From Paraspadella gotoi (lineage: Eukaryota > Animalia > Chaetognatha), in the NCBI GenBank assembly GCA_051294375.1, contig CM119264.1:27353340-27417339 (forward strand): a stretch of 64,000 nt of DNA. The letters run 5' to 3'. Numbering within the stretch: position 1 is the stretch's first letter; every line of letters begins with the position of its first letter. A program made the position numbers and the translations under genes. This document shows, in pieces, positions 43,040 to 61,612 of this stretch. The notes under the pieces were generated by a model. The model had not been told where the DNA came from, did not search any database, and saw only the letters and a list, made by a program, of their open reading frames with translations.

Positions 43040-46000
43040 TCATATTGCTAAAACGCTATTCTCCCGGTCGCCGACCAAACTTTGCTCCCATTCTCCCACG
43101 ATGGTCGAGCTCCAGCAAACGCAATAAGTCGCAAGAAAAACGACGCAGAATTCGTACAAATCTGTGGCGCCACTCGCTATGCCACTCGCCGTGCCATCCG
43201 CCGCGCCACTCGCCGCGCCAACAACTGCGCCACCAACGGCGTCGAAAAAGACTCGAATGACGCGGTGATTGGCGGCGAAAAAGCTGAACATTCCGACGGC
43301 GGATGAGGCGAAGAGGATAGCGGCGGCGGCGTGGCGGAGTCGAGCGGCGGCGGGGGCGGACAAGGAGAGGGTGAGGCGGAGGTAAAGGGGGTGAGTCTGG
43401 ATAAGGAAGGGGGAGGGTGAGGGAGTTGAGGTGGTGATTATGATGAATCGTTCGTCCACGTTGTCATTAAGAAAATTCCGTTTCGATTCAACATCGAAAT
43501 TTTATCAATTTCGCTGAATGATGATGATGATAATCATGACCATGATGATGATGACGATAATGATGATAATGATGACGACGATGATAATGAATCTCCGCTA
43601 AAGTTTCTTCCCGACAATAACATTTTTCCGCACCGTCTCCACCTGAAATCTTTTGGCCGACGTTTCGGCCAAGATGCCGACAAAATTGAGGAGCGACCAG
43701 ACGAGGATGAACTTCCTGCATCCGTGCCAGACGAAGATGTAGACGAAGCAGGCCAGAGTCGCCAGGAGTCGACGAGCCATTCCGAGGCGGGAGCCTCCAA
43801 GCGGGATGTAGATGTGGCGATGAAGGAAGTTGTAGAATCCTGGGTTGGTCACGTTTGAATTTTTTTCCCCATTTCATTTCATTTCATTTCATTTCATTTC
43901 ATTTCATTTCATTTCATTTCATTTCATTTCATTTCATTTCATTTCAATTTATTTCATTTCATTTCAATTTATTTCGTTTCAATTCATTTCATTTCTTTTC
44001 TTTTCTTTTCTTTTCTTTTCTTTTCTTTTCTTTTCTTTTCTTTTCTTTTCTTTTCTTTTCTTTTCTTTTCTTTTCTTTTCTTTTCTTTTCTTTTCGTTTC
44101 TTTGATACTTTGCTTTTTGTCTTTTCCTTTCTTTTCTTACTTTTCTTACTTTACTTTTCTTTTCCATTTTTTTTATTTCTTGGTTTTTCCTTAAATTGCT
44201 TAACCGACGACCTTTGTCAAAGTTCTTCCACATGTCCGAGTAGAGAACGACCCTGGCGGGACATTTGGGCGGAGAGGGCGCCACCACCCCGTCGACGGAG
44301 GCGAGGAGCCGATGTGAAGCGAAGACGAGGAGATATTTGACGTAAAAAGAACTGACCTGAGATGGAAGAAGGAGGAGAGGAGGAGGAGGAGGGAGGGAAG
44401 GGGGAGAAAGGGGAGGAAGGGGGATAGAGTGGGAGAGGAGAGAAAAAGGTGAATGAGGATAGATGATGAGGATAGAAAAGGGGGGGGTAGAAAGGGGGAT
44501 AGAAAGGGAGGGAGATGAGAAAAAGGGGAAGAAGAAGGAAGAGTGGAAGGAGACATCGTGAGAAAATTTGTTGATTTAATTTTAAAGAAAATTTATAGGA
44601 AATTGAAATATTTATAATACAGACTTTTACAAATTACAATCACGACATTTATCATCACGAGACTTTAAATTACGTAATTTAAAATCACAATCTTTACAAT
44701 CAAGAGATTTAAATACATAACTGATTAAACGGTATAAATTAATACGGTTTCAGATGTCGTCATACGAGCTCACATGAGGTAAGTAAAATTCAGAAGAGGT
44801 CGCTGACCCAAAAAGAGCATCGCTACAATTACAACACTTACGATGACAACATTTACATTCTCAAAACAACCTCCCGAGGATTCCTCTCTCCTCACTCCTC
44901 ACTTCCTCACTCCTCACTCCTCACCCGCCAAGAAGCCGACGGAAGCGAGATCCCTCAACCCCAGCATCTTCAACATCACCTCGTCCGTCAGGAGGACGTT
45001 GGAGAAGAGGAGATGGAGTGAGGCTTCGAGTAGGAGGAAGAGGAGGATAAGGTGAAGCAGTCGAAGGAGGAAGAGGAAGAGGAAAGGAAAGGAAGTGGGC
45101 GTGGCCTTCTGTCTTTCGTTTTTCGTTTTCGTAAATTTGAAAAAATCTTCGTAGAGAAGAAAAGGACCGACGAAGAAAAGAGGAAGATAAAAATTGTAGG
45201 AGAAAAGATCGAGGAAGGAGCAGAAGATGTCGTCGTTGTTGTCGTTGTCTTCGTGGTCGTTTTCGTCGTCGTGGTCATCGTGATTTTCTTCGCGAATTCT
45301 TTTCCTTTTCCGCAGCCGAATTCTTTTGTCTTCGTCGTCGTCGTCGTCTTCCTCTTTCCTCTCCTCCCTTAAATCTTCTTCCTCCCTCCTCTTCCTCTTC
45401 CTCCTCCTCTCCATCTTCCAACAGGCGTAACTTATTCCCCGATTCAGAGTCAAGGTGAAACTGATCGTCCAGAAATACCAGGTGACTGGATGCCAGGCGA
45501 AGAGGCCTGACGAAGGAAGGAAGGAGACGGCGAGGAGCGTCGAGAGATTCACGCCCCAAATGAGTGGGAGGGGATTGATTGACTGTTTTTTTTAAAAAAA
45601 AGTTTTTTAAATTAATATTTTATTTAATATTTTACTTAATATTTTTTTTATTTTATATGTAAACTCAATTTTTTTCTTAATACTCTATCATAATTTACAT
45701 ACATGTTTAAATTATATTTTACGTAATATTTACTTTAAATTTTACTTAATATTTTGTGATAATTAATTATTTCAACTAACCATGCTCAAACCGCCGCAAA
45801 TGACGATGACGACGAAAACGACGACGCCGACGTGCAGACAGACCGGTACAAATCCCAAAATATAAGTTAAAGTCGCCAAACAAAAGACACCAAGAATCGA
45901 ATTTCTTCCGCGAGATGTCAGCGGCGAACGGTGGAGGAAATTAGACAAAAGAACATGACCCGCGTAGAATGGAAGGAGGGTTGAGACCAGGAGTTTGAAG

Positions 46001-46936
46001 ACTTCGTATTCCGTGTTGTGGGTTTCCTTTGGAAGGGAAGGGAAGGGAATGGAAGGGAAAGGAAGAGAAGTGAAGGCAGGGAAGGGTAGGGAAGAGAAGG
46101 GAAGGGAAAGGAAGGGAAGGGAAGGGAAGGGAAGGGAAGGGTAGGCAGGGAAGGGTAGGGAAGAGAAGGGAGGGGAAGGGAAAGGAAGGGAAGGGAAGGG
46201 AAGGGAAGGAAAAGGAAGGGAAGGGAAGGGAAAGGAAGGGAAGGGAAGCAAAGTGAAATGTTGAACCATCATTGGTTCCCCTTTTCTTATCACAATTCGA
46301 CCTCACCTTTCAAAACTCACCCTGAAAGGCCCGACGCTTCTCCAAACGCCCGTCGAGGGTCGGAACGGCCATTTGTCGGCGGCGGCGTTCTCGGCGTCTT
46401 TTACGGCGTCGGCGTCGGCGTCGAAGGGGACGTCGGCGACGATGGCCGCGACGTCATCGGCGCGACGACGAAAAACGAGAGAAGACAAAACGAAGACGCG
46501 ATGAGTCATGTAGATGGCGCTCACTGTTTGAAAAGGAGAGGGGGCGGTTTGGACATTATTTATTCCTCTGTTTGTTATTTGTGTTTCTTTCCGTTATATT
46601 TTTTTTTTCATCTAGTTTATTGCGTCCATTGCTGGAAAGACATTAAGTACCATAGATACAGACAAAGACATAGTCTTTCCACATCAAAAGTGAATATCAA
46701 ACATATCGACCTTTTCTCATCATTATCTTTTTTCATCATCTTTCTCAGGATCATATAGATTATGTATCATCCCATTAACAGCCCCATCTACAGCTCCATC
46801 AACATCCCAATAGACAGGCTCATCAACAGCCCCATCAACAGCCCCATCCGCCTCCTCCCCAATTCAACCCACGAATCGTGCAGACGAAGTAAACTCCTTT
46901 TTCGTATTCGTGAAAACTTCGCCGAAAATTCGTCAT
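43040..46936 (-). CDS. HHAT: Hedgehog acyltransferase-like MBOAT (HHAT/Rasp family); one-base frameshift in the assembly
   Basis: Exons 46936-46873, 46523-46321, 46026-45781, 45582-44925, 44356-44212, 43839-43643 and 43396-43040. Motifs YNFYLPLFFVGP, GQFFYVKY, PPKC, SDMWKNFDKGFYNFLHRHIYIPLGG and FVYIFVWHG (catalytic His). Confidence 0.88.
43871..44095. repeat. Compound pentanucleotide repeat, (ATTTC)n then (TTTTC)n
   Basis: Direct read; lies in an HHAT intron. Confidence 0.97.
46031..46250. repeat. (GGGAA)n-type polypurine repeat
   Basis: Direct read; lies in HHAT intron 2. Confidence 0.95.
46776..46848. repeat. 12-bp minisatellite AACAGCCCCATC
   Basis: About 6 degenerate copies in HHAT intron 1. 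Confidence 0.8.
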
Positions 46937-47188
46937 CGTGAAAAGAAAAAAAAGTCGTGAATCGTGAGTCGTGAAATGAGAATGAAATGTGAATCTTCTT
47001 CGCGACGAGAATTTTTGTGAATCTCAATTATTATTTATTCCTTCTTTTTCACGCGATTTTCATCGGAAAAAAAAATCCATTTGAATTCTTTCTTCTTTCT
47101 TCCTCTGCTCGATTCTCTTTCCTGTGATCTCTCTTTTTTTAAATATTCTTATTCAGATTTATTGCCACGTTTCCACTTTCTTTTATTC

Positions 47189-47297
<109 letters not shown>

Positions 47298-47572
47298 GCC
47301 TTTCTCTTATTGCTTTTTCGCCATCTTGCTCTATTTAGCTTTCTCCAACTCCTGAACACCTCGCGGCGCCACTTGGTGCATCTATTTGTCTTTCTCTCTG
47401 TCTCTCTCCCTCCCCCACTCCCTCTCTAGCAATTCCCCCCCAACGAACCGAGAGTTAGAGTGGCATCCAACAAGATCAGATTTGACCATAAATTAAATCA
47501 ACTAACGAACAACAAGGACTCGGGTGACTTATGCCAGAAAAATTCTGTCCTCGTGGCTGGGTTAGTGTTTGT

Positions 47573-47678
<106 letters not shown>

Positions 47679-48306
47679 TAGGTGGCGCTAACAGCCGGTA
47701 TAACAGACCTTTGGCGCTGTATTCAGGTTTTCACGTTTTCTTTTTTTTTGCCCTCGTAGTCGTTTTTATCATTGTCGTCTTTCTGGTCGTCGTCATCGTC
47801 GTCTTTGTTTGTTTTTGGTTGTTTTTTTTTCAATAGATGCGAATTTTACGTTTTGGACGTATTTCCCCAAATCTAACGCCATATTGCGTCTACAGTTTCG
47901 CGTGTTTTCCCAAATTAATCTTTAAATTAACCCCCAAGAAATGTAAATTAGGATAATAATTGATTCTATTAATCCTATTAACTCAAAATCTTTTTAAATT
48001 TAGATGCAGACAATTTTGGCCGTAAGCTTTACCGCTGGGAAGAGTATTTTCGTAACTGTGTGACTTCTCTTACGATCTGATTCTTAGTCATTTTCTGAGA
48101 GATATTTTGTCAAGACGCGGGATTCTTGGCATAAGATGGTAATCAGTGATGTAGTGGCAAAAATTGTCACGTTAAATTCTTGTCTTTTGTGGCAAGAATC
48201 AATTTGGGAAAATCTATTACTCGAAATTAAGTAATAAATTTCGGTCGGTGAAGACTGATTGATTTTTATTCGATTAATGTGACTCTGTCTGTCTTTGCGT
48301 CTCTCT

Positions 48307-48368
<62 letters not shown>

Positions 48369-48516
48369 CCTCTCTCTCTCTCTCTCTCTCTCTTCTCACT
48401 CTCTTCCACTATCACAGGGGAAAGACTTACAAACTCAAGTCATGAAAATTCTTGAATTACAACAACCTGAGCGGTTTTTAAAACGGTGATCTTATTTACC
48501 TAATGTCTTTTTTCAA

Positions 48517-48631
<115 letters not shown>

Positions 48632-49727
48632 TCCCTCCCTCTAAAATTTTTTCCCCTCTCCATGTCACGCTCTGCGGGTTTGGCTCGAACAACGCCGCCG
48701 ACGACGACGACGACTATAACGACGACAACGACCGCGATATAAAACTGCCTGGCCGCCCTGGACGCCGACGCCGACGACGACCACGACGACTATAAAGACG
48801 ACTACGACGATAACGACGACGACGATCGATCGCAAAGATTCTGACGCGAATCCTGGACGGGAAAACTTTTTTTTTCTTTTAGTCTTTCATTCGCGTTTTA
48901 AGTCAAAGAAGAAAAAAAATAATGTTTACCTTAAGTCGCTTCCCGATTTTAAAAGGAAATCATTTCTTTTATGTTCGACGCTGAGTCTTAGCCTAAGTTA
49001 AAAAATAAAAAGAAAAAAATATAAAAAAAATATACCAACTCATTCACTGAAATTTCATTCCCGCTTTGAATAAATTTTCAGAAAATCATTCAACCGTACT
49101 CTCGTTGAATAATTTTTTTTTACCTTTTCATGAACTTTTTTGATAGGACCTATCATAGGTATATATTTAACGTTCTAGAAATAATAACTATTCTTATTTG
49201 CTTATCGGCACATTATAATACCGTCCATAGGATACACATAATATAAATTCTACAAGTACAACTAAACACAACGAAATACCCATTAAGTAGACTAGAAGTG
49301 TTCTGGCTCATGAACTCATGAACTATTCATTCGACTCATCCGCTTCATTTATTTCGTTCATCTTCTCCAATAAACTTGATTCATTAACCTTATTCATTTT
49401 ACTCATTTTCATTCATTTCCCTCTAATGAAACTTCATTCTTTCGTGTCATTCGTGCGAGTCGGTTTGTCTCTCGCGTGATTTGAAATCTCTGTAACGAAG
49501 ACTCGAAATTCGATTTTAAATCGAGAAAACTTCGTAAAAACGAGTCATCGACCTTTTTTTTTGCTGTCAATCGCATCGAAATTGTGAACATTAAAAAAAT
49601 GTTCTTATCTTATGTTTGACTTCTTTTTAACTTTGTCAAATAATATTTTTTTCTCTCTTTATTTTTTTAAAGGAAAATTTAAAGTTTTCTGAGTTTCCAC
49701 TCCGGATCGACCGCGACTCGAATCAAA

Positions 49728-54599
<4,872 letters not shown>

Positions 54600-55195
54600 T
54601 TCCTACTGTCGCCGTTGGCGTCGCAATCGACGAAAATCAGCAACAACCTTCAAACCTTTCCCTTTTTTTTCTCTCTCTGTCTCACTCTCGTTTGTAAAAG
54701 AAATGTAACTGCCCAGTGGACTTCATAATACACTAAATTAATCCTCACATTATCGAGGAAAAGCACAACTAAGCCGTCATTAGGTTTCTTAGTTTTGCGG
54801 AATTAGAACTTTATTTTTTTAGAGGCGAGCTATTAGTTTATTACTATATTAAAATAATGGCTTAATAATCAGAGTACGGTCAAACGATAATTATTGTAAG
54901 TAGAATGTAGAAGATGGAAGAATAGAGAAAAGAAAAACATGAGTTTTTTAACGATTGTTATAATCAAACAAATGTCAACTTCAAAGATAATATATTACAA
55001 TTGAAAAATTTTTTTATGTTTGATATTTCACGTAAATACAACACATAGATAATGAAATTAGAAATAAATCAAGCCGTGCCTGAACTAAATTGATTGAAAA
55101 ACTTTTACAATATTTTTGTTAGATTAGATATATGTACAAAAGAAAACAAAAGAACCGTCAGCATCTTCTTCATGTTGTCGTCGTTGTTGTTATTC

Positions 55196-56754
55196 TCAGA
55201 CTCTCTCGAAACTACCTCGACTGTTGATCCAGAGAAAGACGAGGACAGAAGCGATGATGAGCATCGGACCCGTAGGAAGTTGAAAGTAGAAGGAAAGTCC
55301 GAAGACTCGATCGTTAATGTTATTCCCCATGTCGATGAACCTGGGATTTAATGGGGTAAATCGATAAGAGATTTGGGCGCTATTTTGCGAAAGTGGCACA
55401 TTTCCGTTCCTCATCCTTGAATTAATTTGAATTTTGATATTCAATTTTAATTTTTTTACTTAATATTTAATTTAATCCTTAACCCAAATACTAATCTTGG
55501 TTTTAATGCAAACCTAATTTCCTCATCCTAATATTAGGGGTAATTTTAATTAGTCTAGTACCCTCAGAAAAAAATTTAATACTATAATTTATTTTTACGA
55601 TAGATTATATTAATGCTGTATACATTAGCAATTAAATTTCATCGGCTATGGCTATAATATATACCTAATATATCCTTTAACCAAATATTTAACTTATTCG
55701 AACTGCCCGATAACTTACCTGATGCCGTAGTACCAGGCGCCGGCGCCGCCGAAGACGCTGACTTGAATGACGACCATGAGTCCGGAGATCAACAGCATCC
55801 AGGCTGCGGCCTTTGTTCGTTTGATGTTGAAAGCCTTTGATGGGGAAAGTTAAAAAAATATTTAAAATACTTGGATGACTTTTTATAAGGTACTTTAGAC
55901 AATAGATATCGTTATTATATTTCGTCGCTATAGTCGTAATAATAATAATCATTAATAATTTTCGTATAATCGGTCTCACGCGTGTGTATTCCATGATCAA
56001 CAATACGATGCTGAAGAAAGTCATTGCGATAGAAAACATTGCCGCCAATTGACAAACGAAAAGCCTAGAAAAAGAAATATTAATAATAATATTGATATAA
56101 AACGAAGAATATAAAAGTGGCCGCTTAATGAGCCTCACCAAATGGGCGTCTTCATGAATTTTCCGGAATCGTAAAAGCGACAATCGACCCACCAGTTCGG
56201 ATCTCCGCAGTCCTGGAAACATTTATATTACGTGATCTCGGTTATCCATATTCAGTTATTCACTGCATGCTTTCTGCATAGTTTCTTTCCTCACACATGA
56301 ATGAACTTCATTAGATTTGGGAGACGGTCAGATCGCAAAGAACACGACCGGTCATCTCAATAAAATAACAAGGGCATTGAATTGGGAACACAATGCTAAC
56401 TCGGCACACTGTGATGCTTTAATTATATATTGCGTCTTTCAGGTGTTTCCGTGTGCCTTGACTCTTTTAAGCTAAATTTAATCGCCGTGAAAAAGCATTA
56501 TCTCTGATATTGACCAATGACCAAACCGCCAATTTGACACCAGGACGTCGTGCTTGTCATGAAAGTTTCCAGGTCGACCGACTCACCGCGAACAAACCGT
56601 CGTGTCTGTGCTTGGTCATGCCCGGTCTGTCCAGCCAAATCGCCCACCAGGGGGCGATGGAGCAGATGGCGTCCAAGCAGAAGGCGACGACGGAAAAGAC
56701 CAACGCCACCGAAATCTGGTTCACGAGTTTCTGGTCTCCGTTGGTGACCCTCAT
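55196..56754 (-). CDS. Claudin/PMP22/EMP-like four-TM protein, 195 aa
   Basis: Exons 56754-56587, 56212-56139, 56064-55980, 55834-55719 and 55340-55196. Loop 1 PWW...GLFADC...DC resembles the W-GLW-C-C signature; FGLSFY precedes TM4; the C-terminus is FERV. Confidence 0.85.
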
Positions 56755-57175
56755 TTTGGCTCCAGTCGGAGTAAGGTCGGGTGAGTTTAGAGTCAGGTGG
56801 AGTCCGAACAAATCGGGTAAGTTTAGTATGAATGTATTGAATACGTTTCACTTTTACTTTTTCTGGTTGAATAAAATTATAATTAAAGTTTTTTTTCCAA
56901 TTTACGATGAATCATTAACAAAATTAATCTTTATTAGTTTGAGGTAATAGTTAAGGAATAACGACTATTATTTCACAATAAAATAAACGCGATAGTGATT
57001 CTTCTCAGGGATCGCCGCTGTCATTATTCTCCTTTGACGGCTTTTCATTTGTTAAATAAAGTAATAGCTTTCTTCTTTAAAATTATAAAACTTATGTTAC
57101 GTTTCTTGACGTTAATTATATATCATCGAAATAAAGATGGAAGGCCTTTTTTTGTTCGGAATGAAAATGCTCGAT

Positions 57176-57867
57176 TTCTGATTGGTTGTTTTGTTCACAG
57201 AAGCGGTTTCTGATTGGTTGAACGAACTGTGGAAAAAGGTAAGTCCCTCCCAGGTAGGGGCACGAAAAACAGGTTTTTGATTTTAACCGTTGATCTTTTG
57301 TTGATAAAGAATGAATGAGTTGGCTGCAACTCCCCTCTCCGAAAAAAAAACAAAAAACAAAACAAAACAAAAAAACAAAATGGTATCGAAGAAAGAACAA
57401 GACGAATGGTCCTCATTTACGTATTTATTAATATTGTTTTAATATCAATCTTTGATTCTTTATGCATGTTGATCTGGGTTATTAAAACCCTTTTTGATCA
57501 ATCTCACTGTTTGTTTGAGACATCATTTAACTAACTTTTATTGTAGCCATGAACGTGGTTAATAATTATTCAACTGTAAATATAAAAGGGAAGATGTTTT
57601 ACAAATGAGAATAATAGTAAAGATCTAAGTATCGTCTGGTTATGTTTTCGTTAGGTTTTAATACCCGATTAGAAATATAATTAATTGAGTAATGATGGGA
57701 AAACTAAAAGCTCAAGAAAGCTGATTTCGTTTAATTAACATATTGATTCGTCGTTCTCTTCGAGTCTAAAAGAAATGAATTAATATAAATAAACATTAAT
57801 TTTTGAGACGAGAAGACAATTTAATCTCCTGTGATTCTGATTGGTCGGATTCACGGGTCACGTGACC
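57176..57867. promoter_or_regulatory. Putative divergent promoter region between the claudin-like and P450 genes
   Basis: CTGATTGG (CCAAT box) at ~57178, ~57210 and ~57837. Palindromic E-box GGTCACGTGACC at 57856-57867. Confidence 0.4.
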
Positions 57868-58175
57868 GAAACCGAGGGCGAATCGAACCTTGTTTCATGT
57901 CAGATGAATCATCGCCAACTCGTTCTGAAAGAACTTTTCGAACTAAAACTTGTTGAAGAAAAAAGAAAAAACAAATTTCAAGTCGATTTGTTTAGAAGAA
58001 AAACTGACTGTTTCGAATCGTTTAGTTTTCCCATAAATTTCATGCCGATTTAAATTATTATTCTTCATAATATAATATGTTTGTAATGTATTTTAAAAGA
58101 ATTAAAAGGAAATCCTTCTTTTCGCTTTCACACTTTTACAGATTGCAACTATAATCCGGAAAGAATCAATCAAAA

Positions 58176-61100
58176 ATGTCGCTCATTTGTCGACCACTAC
58201 AACGACTGCTCCTCTCTTTCTCCCCCTTCCCTTCCCCACTTCCCTGCTCCTCTTCCCCACTCCCCTGCTCCTCTTTAACGGCAAGTCGCTCCACCACTGA
58301 CGCCGCTTTGAGCTCCACCTCCGCCGAGATAGAACCCGCTTACGGATTCGACTCCGCTGAATTCTCGACGGCCAAACCTTTCACTTGTATTCCGGGTCCG
58401 AGGTCCGTTCCATTCTTCGGTTCCACATTCGCGTATCGACCCTTCGGAGATCTTGACCCTTTCGACGCAATGGCGAGGTTTGATAAAAAGTTAATTTTGT
58501 CCATAATTATTTAATAAGGAAGCTGCATTGTCTTCTTATTTTTGACGGCCTGTGATAGTTTTTAAGTCCCTAGTCCCTAGTACTAACCTTGCGAGTTTTT
58601 GAGGGAGAATATTCAAAATAGTACTTTGTTTCTTTATTAATATTTTTAACAATTCATATTGTGTTTTGTTTTTCTTTTCGTTGCCTTTCAAGTTTAGTTT
58701 TTATTGTTTACAAACAAAGATTCTTTTAATTAAAAACAGTAAAGTTTATGAATACTTGCAACCTTATATTCGAAACAGGTCCGATATTTGAAATAAAGAA
58801 TAGTTGTTTGTAAACAATAAAAACTTAGTTTTCTATACATTTGATATTCATTCACTTGCGCGAAAGCATCAGATTGGGAATTGTAGTGATGATAAAATTG
58901 TAACTATAGTATAGAAAATAAGCGATAATAGTGGGCGAAATATTTCAGAGGAACCGCGTTTGAGAATCGATACGGAAAGATAATCCGCACCCACGTTCCT
59001 TGGATCGGGATGAAGAACATCGTGACTCTGTTGGACCCGGCCGATTGCGAGATCGTCTACAGGAACGAAGGTTACGTTGTCTTGGCTTTTTTTTTAGCTA
59101 ATCAATAACAGTAGCATAACTTTGCGTTTGATAGATTGGACTCTGCTGAATGTTTTTTTCATGTTTAGAAAACGAAACTGCAAGGAAAGTAATGTATTAA
59201 TAACGTCCCAAGAACGTCCCTCGAATTACGACAATATGCAAATAAGATTTAACAGTAACTCTATAATCCCCTTAGGCAAAATCCCCTATCGCCCTCCTTA
59301 CTCTGTCCTCAAGATCTACCGCGAAGAGAAGAAGCAAAGTCTCGGTCTCTTTCTCTCCAACGATTCCCATTGGTGGCGCCTCCGTCAACCGCTCAACAAG
59401 ACGATGATGCGCGCCAACGCCGCTTATCCTTATTTGGAGATTCAGTCGCCGGTTGGGGACGAGTTGGTGGAGAAAATAGGGAGGGAGGCGGAAAAGTGGA
59501 ACGGTCGATATCCGGAGGTCATGGAGGTACAAGAAGCGTGGCGCAGGTTTGATTGATTGATTTATTTATTGGTTGATTCGAATTAATTTGTTTTATCGAT
59601 TGAAGGATCAATAGAATGTCTGATTTAAATTGGTTAATCTTTCGATGTTTAGTTATTCATGTTGATGCGTTTGTAATAAAATAATTTCTAAGAATAGAAT
59701 TAAAAATGAATTTGAATTTTCGAGCAGAATGATGAACCTATTGCTTATATAAGAGGGTATATTCTCCTAAGATAATAGACTCATTTAGATTTAATACTGT
59801 AATATGTAAATGAGATTGAGAAATTAAATCTCATTTAAGATCATATTAAATAATCATCTTTGACACTTACAAGTGACAACAACAGGTAATGAATCGTTGG
59901 GCCTTGGAGTCCGTTTGCGCTGTGGTCTTTGATCGTCGTCTCGGTTGCATGGACCCCAATTTGCCCAAAGATGCCTGGCAACAAAAGTTCATAGACACCG
60001 TTCTCGGTGCGACCCAAAACGTTACCAGCCTCTCGCTTGATCCAACGGTCAGAATGGCCAAGAGTTTGGGATACAAAACTAAGAGATGGAAGCTCATGGA
60101 AGAACAGATGAGGTTAGTTTTGTGACATTAGTCAGTTGTCATACTTTTTTTCTGCGTTTAACTATATAATCATATAATCTATTAATTAATTGTATAAAAG
60201 TAAAAAAAATGATTTTTATTTATTTTTTTTTTGTTTATGAAAATTTGCAATTTACTTGTTTTACTATTTTATATTTTTATATTTTATGGAGGATTTAGTA
60301 TTTAATCTATATTATTTAATCAAATATATATTACTTTCTTTCTTAAAAATGTTTTATTTATCTAATAATTATATTTTTCACAGTTACATCGATTCTGCGA
60401 CCATCGACCTGATTCAGGAGACAAAGACTCGACTTGAAGCAAATCCGGACGCGGAGGGCAACAGCAAACGCTTTCTGCCCCAACTTCTCGCCGTAGAAGG
60501 CTTCAGTACGGAAGTATGTGAAATTGTCAATAGCTGTTTATTATCAAAGGGAAATGATTTATCATGTACCAATTCCTCATTTCCGTTTTAGGATAAGATT
60601 TCTGTCATTTTTGATATTATTATGGCTTCCATTGCCACAACTACATATTCCTTGTCCAGACTGCTCTTTTTGCTGGCCAAACATCCGGACAAGCAGGTGG
60701 GTGAAGCGTGATTATTTTTGCGGCGATTTAAATATCACATTTAAGAAAGAATGAGAATTTAAAATTAGAAATTCTATTTAGAATATATATACATTTTTCA
60801 AATTTTACTCCCTTCGCCAGGAAAAACTTTTAATTGAACTCAACGCAGAAGTTGGTTCTCCTGGTTCGCCAATCACTCCAACTACTCTGTCCAAACTTGA
60901 TTACTTGAAAGTAACCAATGGGGCAACGATGCTGCTATTAAATCTATTATCATAAAACAAGTTTTAAAACTGTACTTGGCTCAATGCTAAGCTTACTGAG
61001 GATACTGATTATTACGGTTTGGGATGAGGTCCCGAGATGGATGAGAGAAGATAAATAAAAAATGATTTAAAAAAAAAGTAAATAAATAATAAATAAATAG

Positions 61101-61446
61101 TAAATAATAAATAAATAAATAAATATATAAATAATAAATAAATAATAAATATATACAAAATAAATAAATAGTAAATAAATAGTAAATAAATAATGATTAA
61201 ATAATAAACAGATAAATAAGTAAATTAAAAAAAAAAAAAATAAAAGAAATTACCAAATGTCAGGCTTGCATCAGAGAATCGCAGCGGATGATGCCGATCG
61301 TTCCTCAAAACGTTCGACTTCTCCCGATCGACGTCGTCATCAAAGGATATCGAATCCCAAAGGGAACACAGATCTTGGTTGAGCACGAGTACATCTCAAA
61401 GTCGCCGGAGAACTTTGAAGACCCGTTGCGGTTAGGGAGGTCGTGG

Positions 61447-61503
<57 letters not shown>

Positions 61504-61553
61504 AGCGCTCCATCTCTCGCTTCCAGATTCATCCCGAGCGATGGTTGACACAA

Positions 61554-61612
<59 letters not shown>

